A stretch of 57,022 nucleotides of DNA from a virus: the UHGV virus genome UHGV-1526745; one strand, written 5' to 3'. The position numbers were made by a program, and so were the translations under genes. This document shows positions 45,209-54,758 of the stretch, piece after piece (the first letter of the stretch is position 1; each line of letters starts with the position of its first letter). The notes beneath the pieces were generated by a model. The model worked only from the letters and a program-made list of their open reading frames with translations. It did not search any database and was not told where the DNA came from.

Positions 45209-45852
45209 TAACCCATCTCCCCGTTAAGCTCTGCGACCCGGATGTCATAAACATCTTTTGCCTTGATTCGATGTTCCGATCCTTCCGGTAGTAATTTCCA
45301 GCATTTGCCAAATATTTCACGCAGCTTGTTAGCGTCCTGCGCTTTCGCTGCTGCATCACAGAAACGTGCTAATACTTCATCAGGATTTGGCGGCGCTTTC
45401 TTCTGCTGCGGTTGTTGTTTTGGTGGGTTTTTCTGTTGTCGCGGCTGCTGGCCTGTCTGCTTCGCGTAAGCATCAGTATCAGGATCGCGAGCATCATCTA
45501 TACAGAATAAACCGTTCAAAGCATATTTACGCGCGTAACTTGATGTTGCTCCTGTTAGCTGGCTGGCGTCCATACCCTTCTTGTTTTCTTCCTCCCTGGC
45601 ATAAGCAGTTACCGCTATTACGTCTTCACCGTCGCTTAGCGTCGCCGTTGCTTTCACATAATAGCGATTGCCGATCAGGACAATTTCATCACTAACAGTC
45701 AGCGTGATATTTTGAAGCAGTGGTTTAACCGCCTCTAAAATATCCTCCGCCGACCTGTAATTATATCCACCAAAATTATTACGCTGATTTTTCGGCGCGT
45801 TCAGCGTTTGCTGAATCGTCCATAGCTTTTTATGTAACTCTGTTTTCACCAT
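45208..45852 (-). CDS. Erf-family single-strand annealing recombinase
   Basis: 214-aa ORF directly upstream of ssb; resembles P22 Erf-type proteins (recalled). Confidence 0.7.
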   Translation of the reverse strand: MVKTELHKKLWTIQQTLNAPKNQRNNFGGYNYRSAEDILEAVKPLLQNITLTVSDEIVLIGNRYYVKATATLSDGEDVIAVTAYAREEENKKGMDASQLTGATSSYARKYALNGLFCIDDARDPDTDAYAKQTGQQPRQQKNPPKQQPQQKKAPPNPDEVLARFCDAAAKAQDANKLREIFGKCWKLLPEGSEHRIKAKDVYDIRVAELNGEMG

Positions 45853-45998
45853 TTAATCTCCCGTGCTGTTAACACTATGTATAAGGCTTTATTCGCGGCG
45901 CTCCACATTTCGGCATCGTGAAGCATTTCCGCTACTGCCAGTTTGAATTGAAGCGCCTGAATAACCATAATGTCATCTCCGGATGTTTACATTTTGTA

Positions 45999-46289
45999 TT
46001 AATGGTAGCGGACTTTATCCAGGGGTTTTTCCCCTAAATGGCGTGGTTGCGTTGCGTGGTAGTAGCTGCCGCTTTCATTTTCCGTATACCATTTTACTGA
46101 TCCTTTGCGACGTTCTTTAATGCTATTTGGTTTGCATCTTTCCTCGTTTGCAAATCGAATAGCTTTATCCACATTGTCTGTTTTATTGATTGCAGGTGAT
46201 GATTTTCTTTCGTTTTCTCTTTTTATCCTTCTGCGTTCCCTGGCATTCATTTTGCTATCACATTTACCATATATAATTGTAACGCTCAT
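45999..46289 (-). CDS. putative N-like antitermination protein (arginine-rich motif)
   Basis: First gene of leftward operon; MNARERRRIKRENERK resembles lambdoid N ARM; start may be internal (46250). Confidence 0.35.
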   Translation of the reverse strand: MSVTIIYGKCDSKMNARERRRIKRENERKSSPAINKTDNVDKAIRFANEERCKPNSIKERRKGSVKWYTENESGSYYHATQPRHLGEKPLDKVRYH

Positions 46290-46750
46290 AATCTGATCTC
46301 CGTATATCCTTGATGATACTTAATAAAAAATCATCTTCGTTAATTGCCGCACTTCCAGCGGCTGACCAGATTGTTAATGAGCGGCTTAACATCTTTCAAC
46401 TAATCCCGCAATCATCGCCGTTCCCGGCGTGACCTTGCTCACTCCAAGCAAGCTGACTCGTCGCCTTGCGTGCGGTTTCGTGGGGGATGTAACGCTTTAA
46501 ACACCCCATGCGCCTTGTTATCAGTGCCGCTTTCGGTCCCCCATCGGGGAGTTACTCCACGGTTGACAAGGTGTTAAGCCTGATTTTTAAAGTGCCAGGA
46601 AGTTGCTTTTGTTACCTGCGCCCTTCCTTTGACTCGCAATATACGCCCCGTAAAACATCGAGTCAATCCATTTTGTATACTTTTTTAAAATATTTTATAT
46701 GCCATTGATATTTAAATAATAAATAACGTTTTCTGTTTACGTTTTGGTGT

Positions 46751-46784
46751 TTTCCAGGCAAAGAAAAGCCGCCATTCGGCGGCT
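46751..46784 (-). terminator. rho-independent terminator after repressor gene
   Basis: Hairpin AGCCGCC-ATTC-GGCGGCT 6 nt after repressor stop, followed on minus strand by TTTCTTT. Confidence 0.5.
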
Positions 46785-46789
46785 AATGT

Positions 46790-47437
46790 TTATGGCAGGT
46801 TTACGATCTTCGCATCAACCACCACGCCTATAATTTTTGATTCTGGATTCATAGGGATTGGCGGATACAGCGGATTGAGCGAACGTAAAAGCCTTTGACC
46901 TCCATCAATAATCAACTGTTTAAACGTCGGTATCTGCCCTTCCTCAAGCTGGGCTATAACCAGTTTGCCGTCAATAGCTGGCGCGTGCGGGTCCACAAGT
47001 ATCATCGTCCCCGCCGGGATGCTCAACCCCTGCGGCGCGTTCATTGATTCACCTTTGGCAACCAGCCAGTAACTGTCATCTGAACAAATAACGCTAGTCG
47101 TAACGTGTCGTAATGCTGAACGCCTTGCGTCATCCATATTGTTTACTGTGTCCTTCCAGTCAATAACCGGGTAACTACCTAAATCACGCGGCGGCACGGC
47201 CTGAAGTGTATTAGAAACAGAATCATCAATGACCATGCCATCATGTGTAACAGTAAACTGCCGACGACCAAGCTCGCGCATAATCCGCGCAATATCTTCA
47301 AGATTTGGCTCTCGGCGACCGTTCAGCCAGTGTGACAGGCCGCCTTTAGTTATCCCCATACGATCCGCGAGCGAATCCTGGCTCATGCCCTGCGCCCGCA
47401 TGAGCTGCTTTGCTAAGTCATACCATTTTGTTTTCAT
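46790..47437 (-). CDS. CI-like repressor (HTH_XRE + S24 LexA-like peptidase)
   Basis: N-terminal HTH (QDSLADRMGITKGGLSHWLNGRREP), C-terminal KGESM / ILVDP autocleavage-type region. Confidence 0.85.
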   Translation of the reverse strand: MKTKWYDLAKQLMRAQGMSQDSLADRMGITKGGLSHWLNGRREPNLEDIARIMRELGRRQFTVTHDGMVIDDSVSNTLQAVPPRDLGSYPVIDWKDTVNNMDDARRSALRHVTTSVICSDDSYWLVAKGESMNAPQGLSIPAGTMILVDPHAPAIDGKLVIAQLEEGQIPTFKQLIIDGGQRLLRSLNPLYPPIPMNPESKIIGVVVDAKIVNLP

Positions 47438-47439
47438 GT

Positions 47440-47742
47440 CGCTACCCTATAACCTCAAAAAGTTTGATGCAAGTCACAAAACGTGTATTTTAAGCCTTGA
47501 TCTTAAAATTCCATTTTGTAAACTTGCAGACAAGGTAAGGCCATACTTGCAAAGACGCAAGGAAAAAGATAACGGAAGGCACAAAAAGGCACTTACCTTA
47601 TGCTCTTTAAAAATCCGGTGTCGCTGCGAAGCGAAAAACAAATATCACGCAACGGCGGGATCTGTTGAGCGGTCAGTCACTGCTATCTAATGCTAATGGG
47701 ATGCCCGCCCGCGCGTTCACTCTAACCATAGGAGAAAATGCG
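47440..47742. promoter_or_regulatory. right operator/promoter region
   Basis: Divergent intergenic region; inverted repeats CTTGCAGACAAG and CTTGCAAAGACGCAAG (47523..47562) plus CCATTTTGTA motif. Confidence 0.4.
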
Positions 47743-48000
47743 ATGAGTATAAACATGATTAGTAAAGCATGGAACGTAAAACTTAATAGCCCGATTCAAA
47801 AACTTGTCTTAATGGCTCTGGCTGAAAAGGCAGATAACAAAGGACGGGTACATGATGCATCACGCAAAGAAGTAGCCGCAATGTGTGAACTTCCTGTTCA
47901 TACGGTACATGATGCCTTCGCCGCGTTAATGGATAAAGGATTTGTTTGTCGTCTTGATGCATTCAGTGATGTCTATGTAGTGATGTTGCCGGAGGGATGA
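47743..48000 (+). CDS. winged-HTH DNA-binding protein (Cro/CII-position regulator or replication-associated)
   Basis: ATG after AGGAGAAA RBS inside track ORF 47665..48000; first rightward gene. Confidence 0.5.
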   Translation: MSINMISKAWNVKLNSPIQKLVLMALAEKADNKGRVHDASRKEVAAMCELPVHTVHDAFAALMDKGFVCRLDAFSDVYVVMLPEG

Positions 48001-48003
48001 TCT

Positions 48004-49056
48004 ATGAAGTGGTTTAAGCATGACAGCGATGCGAACCGCGATGAAAAACTTCAAAACGTTTTGTTAGATTATGGCCTGGAAGGGTACGGGCTTTATTGGT
48101 ATTGCCTCGAACTAATAACTTATGACGTAGATCAGCACAATCTGACTTTTGACCTACGACATGACGCGAGAATCATTGCGCGAAACGTCGGATCGACTGA
48201 AAAACGTATAGAAGAAATGATGAAATACTTCATCGAAATTGGTTTGTTTGAATGTTCTCAAGGCCACATAACTTGTTTAAAGTTATTGAAAAGGCTTGAC
48301 CAATCAATGACTTCTAAAAGCGCGTACAGGGCCGCCATAAACACAGCTAAGGAGCAATTAAAATTAGAAAAGTTAATCAATCCAACACAAAAAGGTCATG
48401 ATAGGGTCATGACCGGGTCAGGAAAGGGTCATGAATTAGAATTAGAAGTAGAAGAAGAAAGAGAAAAAGATATATACACTTCGTGTATTGTCGAAAATGA
48501 ACAAAAAATGGTCAATCATGATGGCGTAAACGAAGCGGCGTTGCGTTGCCTGGCCTTCTACAACGACAAGGCAGGATGCAAATGTCGTGATGCGAAGCCA
48601 TTCATCGAACTACTGACAGAAACAAAAACACGTAAAGCGTATACGGAGGATGAGATCACATTAGTGATTGAGTGGGCTTTAACGCAATGGCGTAGCCGTG
48701 GTGGAACACCTAAGCCTATCAATATTTGCCGGGTAACTAAATTTGATGGGTATCTGACTGATGCTGAACAATGGCGCAAACTGTCAGCCACTGCAAACGC
48801 TGCCGACGTGGTGGAAGCATTTAACAGCACGTTTGACGGCCTGTTACCACCTGTCGAACTGGATCGGGATCTTGAACGCAAGATCTATGCGTTCACTGAC
48901 TACCTGAAAGACAAAAGCATTAACGGCTTTGTCGCCTACTTCGAAACATTCAAAAACACGGCTTCAGATTTTTACTTCGGCAATGGCTTCACAGCGACAC
49001 TTGATTTCCTGCTTAAACCAAAAACGCTACGCGACACACGCGCAGGCGCTCTTTGA
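48004..49056 (+). CDS. replication protein, DUF4373 (Lin1244-like) N-terminal domain
   Basis: MKWFKHDSDANRDEKL... start characteristic of DUF4373 (recalled). Confidence 0.55.
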   Translation: MKWFKHDSDANRDEKLQNVLLDYGLEGYGLYWYCLELITYDVDQHNLTFDLRHDARIIARNVGSTEKRIEEMMKYFIEIGLFECSQGHITCLKLLKRLDQSMTSKSAYRAAINTAKEQLKLEKLINPTQKGHDRVMTGSGKGHELELEVEEEREKDIYTSCIVENEQKMVNHDGVNEAALRCLAFYNDKAGCKCRDAKPFIELLTETKTRKAYTEDEITLVIEWALTQWRSRGGTPKPINICRVTKFDGYLTDAEQWRKLSATANAADVVEAFNSTFDGLLPPVELDRDLERKIYAFTDYLKDKSINGFVAYFETFKNTASDFYFGNGFTATLDFLLKPKTLRDTRAGAL

Positions 49057-49444
49057 CCAACCACGATTCGCAAAAATCCAAAATTACCCACAAAACAACC
49101 TCACCAGCGAGCTAAAACACGCATGGTGCTACGATTGCATATCTTTAGCTATTTAGCTCGTTATAGAGCGTTTTAGAGAGGATTTTAAAATGGACGGTAA
49201 ACACGTTTTCGCCCTGGCCTTTGCCATCGCTGCTGCAATCGCTGTTAACGTCGCTTTGTTCGGCGGTTTGTTCCTTCTTATCAATCCATAACCTTCATAC
49301 CAGCCTGTAAATCAAAAATTAGCCACCTGAGAGCGCCTCTGACGCAATAAGACACTGCAACCTGTGCAAACGGGTTACGCGGTGGGATTTTTGCGTTGTA
49401 GCACGTCTGAGGCGTTATATATAAAATTAAGAAAAGAGGTACAT

Positions 49445-50500
49445 ATGATTGCCACTTATCATGTGAAACTAAATTGTAAGGACACGCAATTACTATCTGT
49501 TAATAATCTTGTTTCTGAACTTGAAATCGATAGGCTTAAATCATTTGTTAAATACTCTGATCTTTACGGATTTGAGGAATACAAGGATTTTATTATTGAT
49601 GGTGATGATGTGTATATCACACCTATAACGTTTATTAGATTCGTTACACCTGGTAAATATAGACATTATGAATATAATGAAAATTGGGTTAAGCCAGTTA
49701 TTGAATCTTGTGGATTAGTTGATTTACAAGATGTGTTTAATAAATATTCAAATAATACCAGAAAAGATAGTCCTTATGCTTATAATTATGTTTTATGGTG
49801 TAACAACTATGTTGAAACTAGTGATACTCCCGGGCGATGCTCTGTGTATGTGTCAAAGGAAGATGCTGAAAAGTATAAAAAATGGTTGTTCGTTACTCGC
49901 GGAGTATCAATAGAAAAACTATGGGTAAGGTTGTTTCATTCAAGCGATATTGCAGATCCAGATACGTTTTTAAATGAACATCTTAATAATGATGAGTTTA
50001 CCATTGATTTAAATATTGAATATTTTACAGTTAAAACAAATTATGGATATGAAAGATATATTAGCGATAAGATAGCGGAAAAGTATCATACATGGGGTCA
50101 AAATAAAGGTCTTAGTAATAATTTTGAATGCGGTAATTATAACGACATAGAAAACTTTATTGAATTAAAAAGCGACAAGAATGTAATTGAGGAAATAAAA
50201 AGGGAATGTGACGAGAAATTATCAGAAATGAGTTATAATTGTAAAAATATGATTAGGAAGCGTTATGAACATGCTGGATTAACTATGTACGAAAAACTAA
50301 AAGGAGTTAAATTAATAAGGCAATATCCTGTTAATGTTGCTGGCAACAAGTATTTTATTGATGGCTACGATCTTGTGAATAATATTGCTGTAGAAATTGA
50401 TGAATCACATCACAAACGGCAAGCAAAAAGCGATGCGATAAGACAAAAACGCATTGAGGATTATTTGGGGTGCAAGTTTTTTCGTTGTGCTATATCCTGA
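49445..50500 (+). CDS. AT-rich moron protein with C-terminal DUF559/Vsr-like nuclease-type domain
   Basis: ATG after AAGAGG RBS; C-terminus YFIDGYDLVNNIAVEIDESHH...DAIRQKRIEDYLGCKFFRC fits DUF559-type pattern; strongly AT-rich versus neighbours. Confidence 0.55.
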   Translation: MIATYHVKLNCKDTQLLSVNNLVSELEIDRLKSFVKYSDLYGFEEYKDFIIDGDDVYITPITFIRFVTPGKYRHYEYNENWVKPVIESCGLVDLQDVFNKYSNNTRKDSPYAYNYVLWCNNYVETSDTPGRCSVYVSKEDAEKYKKWLFVTRGVSIEKLWVRLFHSSDIADPDTFLNEHLNNDEFTIDLNIEYFTVKTNYGYERYISDKIAEKYHTWGQNKGLSNNFECGNYNDIENFIELKSDKNVIEEIKRECDEKLSEMSYNCKNMIRKRYEHAGLTMYEKLKGVKLIRQYPVNVAGNKYFIDGYDLVNNIAVEIDESHHKRQAKSDAIRQKRIEDYLGCKFFRCAIS

Positions 50501-50534
50501 TGTATACAAAATGTAAACCTGAGGAATTAACATT

Positions 50535-51653
50535 ATGTCGCAAAGAAAAATCAGCGATGAGCAATTGATCGCTGAATATAACAACGGTTTAACGTACAAG
50601 CAGATTGCTGAAAAATATGGCATGTCAAAACGCAATGTCGAGCGCCTGGGCGCAAAACTGGCGAAACGTGGTTTATTATCAACACGCCGCGCTCCTGGTT
50701 TTGGCGTCAATGGCGAGTCGTTGCTAGTCGATAAGAACGGCAATGTTATCATGCGCTGGATTAAAACAGCCCGTGACCGCGAAGAAATGGAACAGCTAAT
50801 GGAAGCGGCCCGCGACGCTTTCACTGATGAAATACCACGCGCGGAGGCTGTGCCAGTGCCTGAAATTGATTTTCAAAAAAGCCTGGCACTTTATCCGGTG
50901 TTTGATCTGCATATCGGGGCGCTTGCTCATAAAGCTGAATGCGGTGAGAGCTACGATACTGGGATCGCTGAGCGCGTGTTGAATGACTTCTTTGACTACG
51001 CTGTTGGCGCTGCTCCGATGTCTGAAAAAGCTGTTTTACTTCTCGGCGGTGATGTGCTTCACACTGACGGCCTGTTACCAGTGACGCCATCAAGTAATCA
51101 CGTTTTAGATTGTGATTCACGCTACGCAAAACTGGTTTATGTGGCGATCCGGTCGGTCCGGCGTGCGGTCGGGAAGATGTTACTAAATCATAAGGATGTC
51201 GAGATCCAGGTATTATCCGGTAATCACGACCAATCAGGTATGATCTGGCTACGTGCTGCGCTTGCGGCTTTTTACGAAGATGAGCCGCGCGTGACTGTTG
51301 ACGTGTCACCTGCCATTGTCCACCACACACAGTATGGCAAAACATTCCTTGCTTACCACCACGGGCACACTATCAAAAAGCCGGAAAATTTATTGTCTGC
51401 TTGCGTAGCTGACTGGCGGGAGGATTTCGGAAGGTCTGTGGCTGTTTACGCTCACACTGGACATCTGCACCATCAATCAGTTGTTGAAACATCACTTGGA
51501 ATAGTTGAGCACCACGGCACATTAGCTGGCAAAGACGCATATTCAACTAATGGCGGCTGGCGGTCGCGGCGTCTGGCAGCGGTGATTATTTACAGCCCGG
51601 ATCATGGGGAAATTGGGCGCTTTGTTTATTACCCTGAATATTCCATTTTGTAA
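50535..51653 (+). CDS. HTH domain fused to calcineurin-like metallophosphoesterase
   Basis: N-terminal LTYKQIAEKYGMSKRNVERL HTH; DLH, GGDVLHTDG, SGNHD and TGHLHH motifs. Confidence 0.6.
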   Translation: MSQRKISDEQLIAEYNNGLTYKQIAEKYGMSKRNVERLGAKLAKRGLLSTRRAPGFGVNGESLLVDKNGNVIMRWIKTARDREEMEQLMEAARDAFTDEIPRAEAVPVPEIDFQKSLALYPVFDLHIGALAHKAECGESYDTGIAERVLNDFFDYAVGAAPMSEKAVLLLGGDVLHTDGLLPVTPSSNHVLDCDSRYAKLVYVAIRSVRRAVGKMLLNHKDVEIQVLSGNHDQSGMIWLRAALAAFYEDEPRVTVDVSPAIVHHTQYGKTFLAYHHGHTIKKPENLLSACVADWREDFGRSVAVYAHTGHLHHQSVVETSLGIVEHHGTLAGKDAYSTNGGWRSRRLAAVIIYSPDHGEIGRFVYYPEYSIL

Positions 51654-51671
51654 ACCGGAGGCAATAACATA

Positions 51672-53093
51672 ATGGTAACTGAGCAAATAAACTCACTACG
51701 GCAGGAACGTGAAGCGTCAGTTATCGGCGGGCTACTGTTAGGTGGCCTTACTCCTAACGCGCAAGATGTTCTCGCCACACTTGATCCTGAAGTGTTCACG
51801 ATCCCGCTTTATAAACGTGCGTTTGAAGTTATCCGGGCGCAAGCCAGAAACAGAAATCTTATCGACGCGTTATTGGTTGGCGATGAGATTGGCAATGAAA
51901 ACTTTGTACCGCTAATGCAAACGGCACGATCGTGCCCTTCTGCTGCCAACCTGAAAGGATATGCGCAACTACTACAGGAAGAACACCAGCGTCGGCAAAT
52001 GCTGGAACTAATGGAAGACATTCGCTACAAGCTGGAAACAGGGACGCTTGAAGTCGTCAGGGAGACGATGAAAGATTTTGATTCCCGGTATTCAAAATTA
52101 AAGGTAACAAAAGATCAAATTATCCCGGTGCTGTTGCGCGATGCGGTCCAGGAATACACGGAAGTGTTAAGTAAACGCATGGAGTGTGGCGTGAACTCTG
52201 ACAACATCAAAACAGGGATTGACCCACTCGACGAAATGTTAGGCGGCATTAACGCTACTGATCTGGTGCTTATCGCCGGACGCCCAGGGTCTGGTAAATC
52301 GGCGTTGGCGTTGGCAATTGCCCGCGCGGCGGCTGAACGCCCATACCCTGGAGGCGAAGGTCAGCGGGTCGGCGTTTTGCTGTTCACGCTTGAAATGTCG
52401 CTCGATCAGATGACTGAACGCGCTATCGCTGGCGCAGGGAACTTGTCAACGGATTGCTTACGTAATCCGGTAAAACTGGATGACGAAGGATGGGCGCACG
52501 TTGCCCAGGGAATGAGCGCACTTGCTGATCTCGATGTGTGGATTGTTGATGCATCACAGTTAACTGTCGAGGAAATACGCGCCACAACTGAACGAATGAA
52601 GCAGGATTATCCCAACCTGGGTATGGTAATGATTGACTACATCGGGTTAATGAAGCTGGCTAAGGCAGAACGTCACGATCTCGCTGTAGGGCAATTGTCG
52701 TGGTCATTGAAAATGATGGCGAAAGAATTGCGCGTACCAGTGGCGGCGCTGGCGCAATTATCCCGCCGCGTCGAGGAACGACCGAACAAGCGACCGAACA
52801 ATTCTGATCTGCGCGATTCCGGCAATCTTGAACAGGACGCAGACCGGATCATCATGGTATACCGCGACGGCTACTACAACGAACAATCTGTTGCACGCGA
52901 ATACATGGAGATTATCGTTTCAAAAAACCGTCACGGAAAAACCGGGACTGTTTACCAGCGTTTTGACGACAACGGCAACATATTACCGTGTGACCAGGCC
53001 CGCGCGGCGTCAGCTTGCATCCAGTCAATGCAACAACGTCCGGCGGTAAGCCGATTCTCGCCACGAAACAACCAGAATAAAGCATCTTTTTAA
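51672..53093 (+). CDS. dnaB: replicative DNA helicase (DnaB family)
   Basis: 473 aa; Walker A GRPGSGKS; DnaB-type N- and C-terminal domains. Confidence 0.9.
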   Translation: MVTEQINSLRQEREASVIGGLLLGGLTPNAQDVLATLDPEVFTIPLYKRAFEVIRAQARNRNLIDALLVGDEIGNENFVPLMQTARSCPSAANLKGYAQLLQEEHQRRQMLELMEDIRYKLETGTLEVVRETMKDFDSRYSKLKVTKDQIIPVLLRDAVQEYTEVLSKRMECGVNSDNIKTGIDPLDEMLGGINATDLVLIAGRPGSGKSALALAIARAAAERPYPGGEGQRVGVLLFTLEMSLDQMTERAIAGAGNLSTDCLRNPVKLDDEGWAHVAQGMSALADLDVWIVDASQLTVEEIRATTERMKQDYPNLGMVMIDYIGLMKLAKAERHDLAVGQLSWSLKMMAKELRVPVAALAQLSRRVEERPNKRPNNSDLRDSGNLEQDADRIIMVYRDGYYNEQSVAREYMEIIVSKNRHGKTGTVYQRFDDNGNILPCDQARAASACIQSMQQRPAVSRFSPRNNQNKASF

Positions 53094-53172
53094 TTAACTT
53101 GAGCAAACGGCTTACCGGAAAGTTTACCGCTTTCTGGTGGCTGTTTTCGCGCTTAAATTGAGGCTAAAAACA

Positions 53173-53730
53173 ATGAGCATTGAACTTGAAACAAAAATTA
53201 TCAACATCCTTGAACTGGATGGCATCGACACAATGCAGCAGTTACGCCAGAAAACAGGATTATCAGCGGAATATGACGAAGCAGGATGCTTGCCTGAGAC
53301 AATTAAACACTTAATCGACACTGGCATTGTCGAGCGTGTATATACATATTTCGGACCACGCCGCCGCTTGCTTGGTTATCGGATTAAATATTTGTATGCA
53401 CAACGTCGCGATCGTGTGGCGGCGTTATTTAGTGACTACAGCGTCAAAAAGCGTATGCGTGACATTAGCGCTGAAACAGGTATCCCGTGGAATTATCTTT
53501 CGCGCACCCTGCGTTTAATGGTGCTTGATGAGACACTTTGCATTGATACAAATAAACATGGCCTTAATTTTTATTCACTGTTTAAACCTGGGCGCTTCGG
53601 TCACGCTAATGATCTTGCATTTGATTTTGACAGCCGCCTGAATGAATACCGGAAAAATAACGGCCTGCTGCCGGATAAACCAGTATTTGAGATCGAAAAA
53701 CTTAATGGTGAAACTGGATTGGAATTATGA
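53173..53730 (+). CDS. hypothetical protein
   Basis: Internal ATG after GAGG RBS in track ORF 53137..53730. Confidence 0.4.
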   Translation: MSIELETKIINILELDGIDTMQQLRQKTGLSAEYDEAGCLPETIKHLIDTGIVERVYTYFGPRRRLLGYRIKYLYAQRRDRVAALFSDYSVKKRMRDISAETGIPWNYLSRTLRLMVLDETLCIDTNKHGLNFYSLFKPGRFGHANDLAFDFDSRLNEYRKNNGLLPDKPVFEIEKLNGETGLEL

Positions 53731-53933
53731 GACGTGTAATCTTTTATTTAGTTGAAACATTCATTGATGAATCACATTTCCGTTTCCCATGCAATTCTTG
53801 CGGCGCGATGGTTTATACACCGCCACTAATGCGGAAATATAAACACGTAAAATTTAACCGGTTTTTTGTACCAATGCGTGATGCACTGCGCGCGCTGCGC
53901 GGTGAATTACGAAACACAATGCGTATTGTGTGA
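53727..53933 (+). CDS. hypothetical protein (68 aa)
   Basis: Track ORF. Confidence 0.3.
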   Translation: MRRVIFYLVETFIDESHFRFPCNSCGAMVYTPPLMRKYKHVKFNRFFVPMRDALRALRGELRNTMRIV

Positions 53934-53942
53934 GGTGGCGTT

Positions 53943-54140
53943 ATGGATAAGGAATTAGATTTAACAGTTGAAGACCTGAGCACGATTGCGGAATACATGC
54001 GCGGCGATGATCCTGATCGTCCTGTCGTCGTTGATATGAAAAAACTAAAAAACGACCATATGGCTAGTTCAAGGCTCATTTCTTTATGGGCGATCATGTA
54101 TGCGCGTGCACCGCGTGAAAATAGTAACGGTGTATCATGA
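53943..54140 (+). CDS. hypothetical protein (65 aa)
   Basis: Track ORF. Confidence 0.3.
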   Translation: MDKELDLTVEDLSTIAEYMRGDDPDRPVVVDMKKLKNDHMASSRLISLWAIMYARAPRENSNGVS

Positions 54141-54568
54141 AACAAATTAGATTTGAAATAGTTAATGACGCTGTGAAAGAAAATGCTATCAGGCAGATAA
54201 TGGAAATACAGCCTGATAGCAAAAGCCCGCTGATAATTACCATCCAGGAGAAAACCCGCTCGCTGAGTCAAAATGCGTTGCTTTGGGCGCTGTTAACCGA
54301 CATTAGCGATCAGGTTAATTGGTACGGTAAAAAGCTATCGCCGGAAGACTGGAAATCGGTATTCACTGCCGGGCTTAAAAAATATGGCGTCGTCCCTAAT
54401 TTGGATAAATCAGGCTTTGTTGTGCTGGGAACGTCAACCAGCCGGATGAGTAAATCAGAATTCAGTGAACTAATAGAACTGATCTACTCGTTCGGCGCGG
54501 AACATGATGTTCAATGGTCGGGTGATACGAAATTAAATGATGAATTCATAAAACGCTGGGGGCAATAA
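54137..54568 (+). CDS. ninB: recombination protein NinB
   Basis: ITIQEKTRSLSQNALLWALLTDISDQVNWYGKK matches lambda NinB core as recalled. Confidence 0.8.
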   Translation: MKQIRFEIVNDAVKENAIRQIMEIQPDSKSPLIITIQEKTRSLSQNALLWALLTDISDQVNWYGKKLSPEDWKSVFTAGLKKYGVVPNLDKSGFVVLGTSTSRMSKSEFSELIELIYSFGAEHDVQWSGDTKLNDEFIKRWGQ

Positions 54569-54744
54569 TGGTTAGTTATTACATGGCTAGATCAACGGGG
54601 ATTTTGTACAAAATAGATCGCCATACGGTGTACTACTTCAATAATCAAGCGAATGAATGGCGGGAATGTTTTTCTAAGTTTAAATCTGAAATAGAAAACA
54701 ACCATGAATATTACATTAAGGTTGACAATGTAACCGTGGCGTAA
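54568..54744 (+). CDS. hypothetical small protein (58 aa)
   Basis: Manual translation; ATG overlaps ninB stop. Confidence 0.25.
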   Translation: MVSYYMARSTGILYKIDRHTVYYFNNQANEWRECFSKFKSEIENNHEYYIKVDNVTVA

Positions 54745-54758
54745 TTGAGGATAAATAA

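Noticed and set aside
46508-46708. 66-aa plus-strand ORF in the left operator/leader region
   Set aside because: Lies in a regulatory leader between terminator and N-like gene; no RBS; likely non-coding
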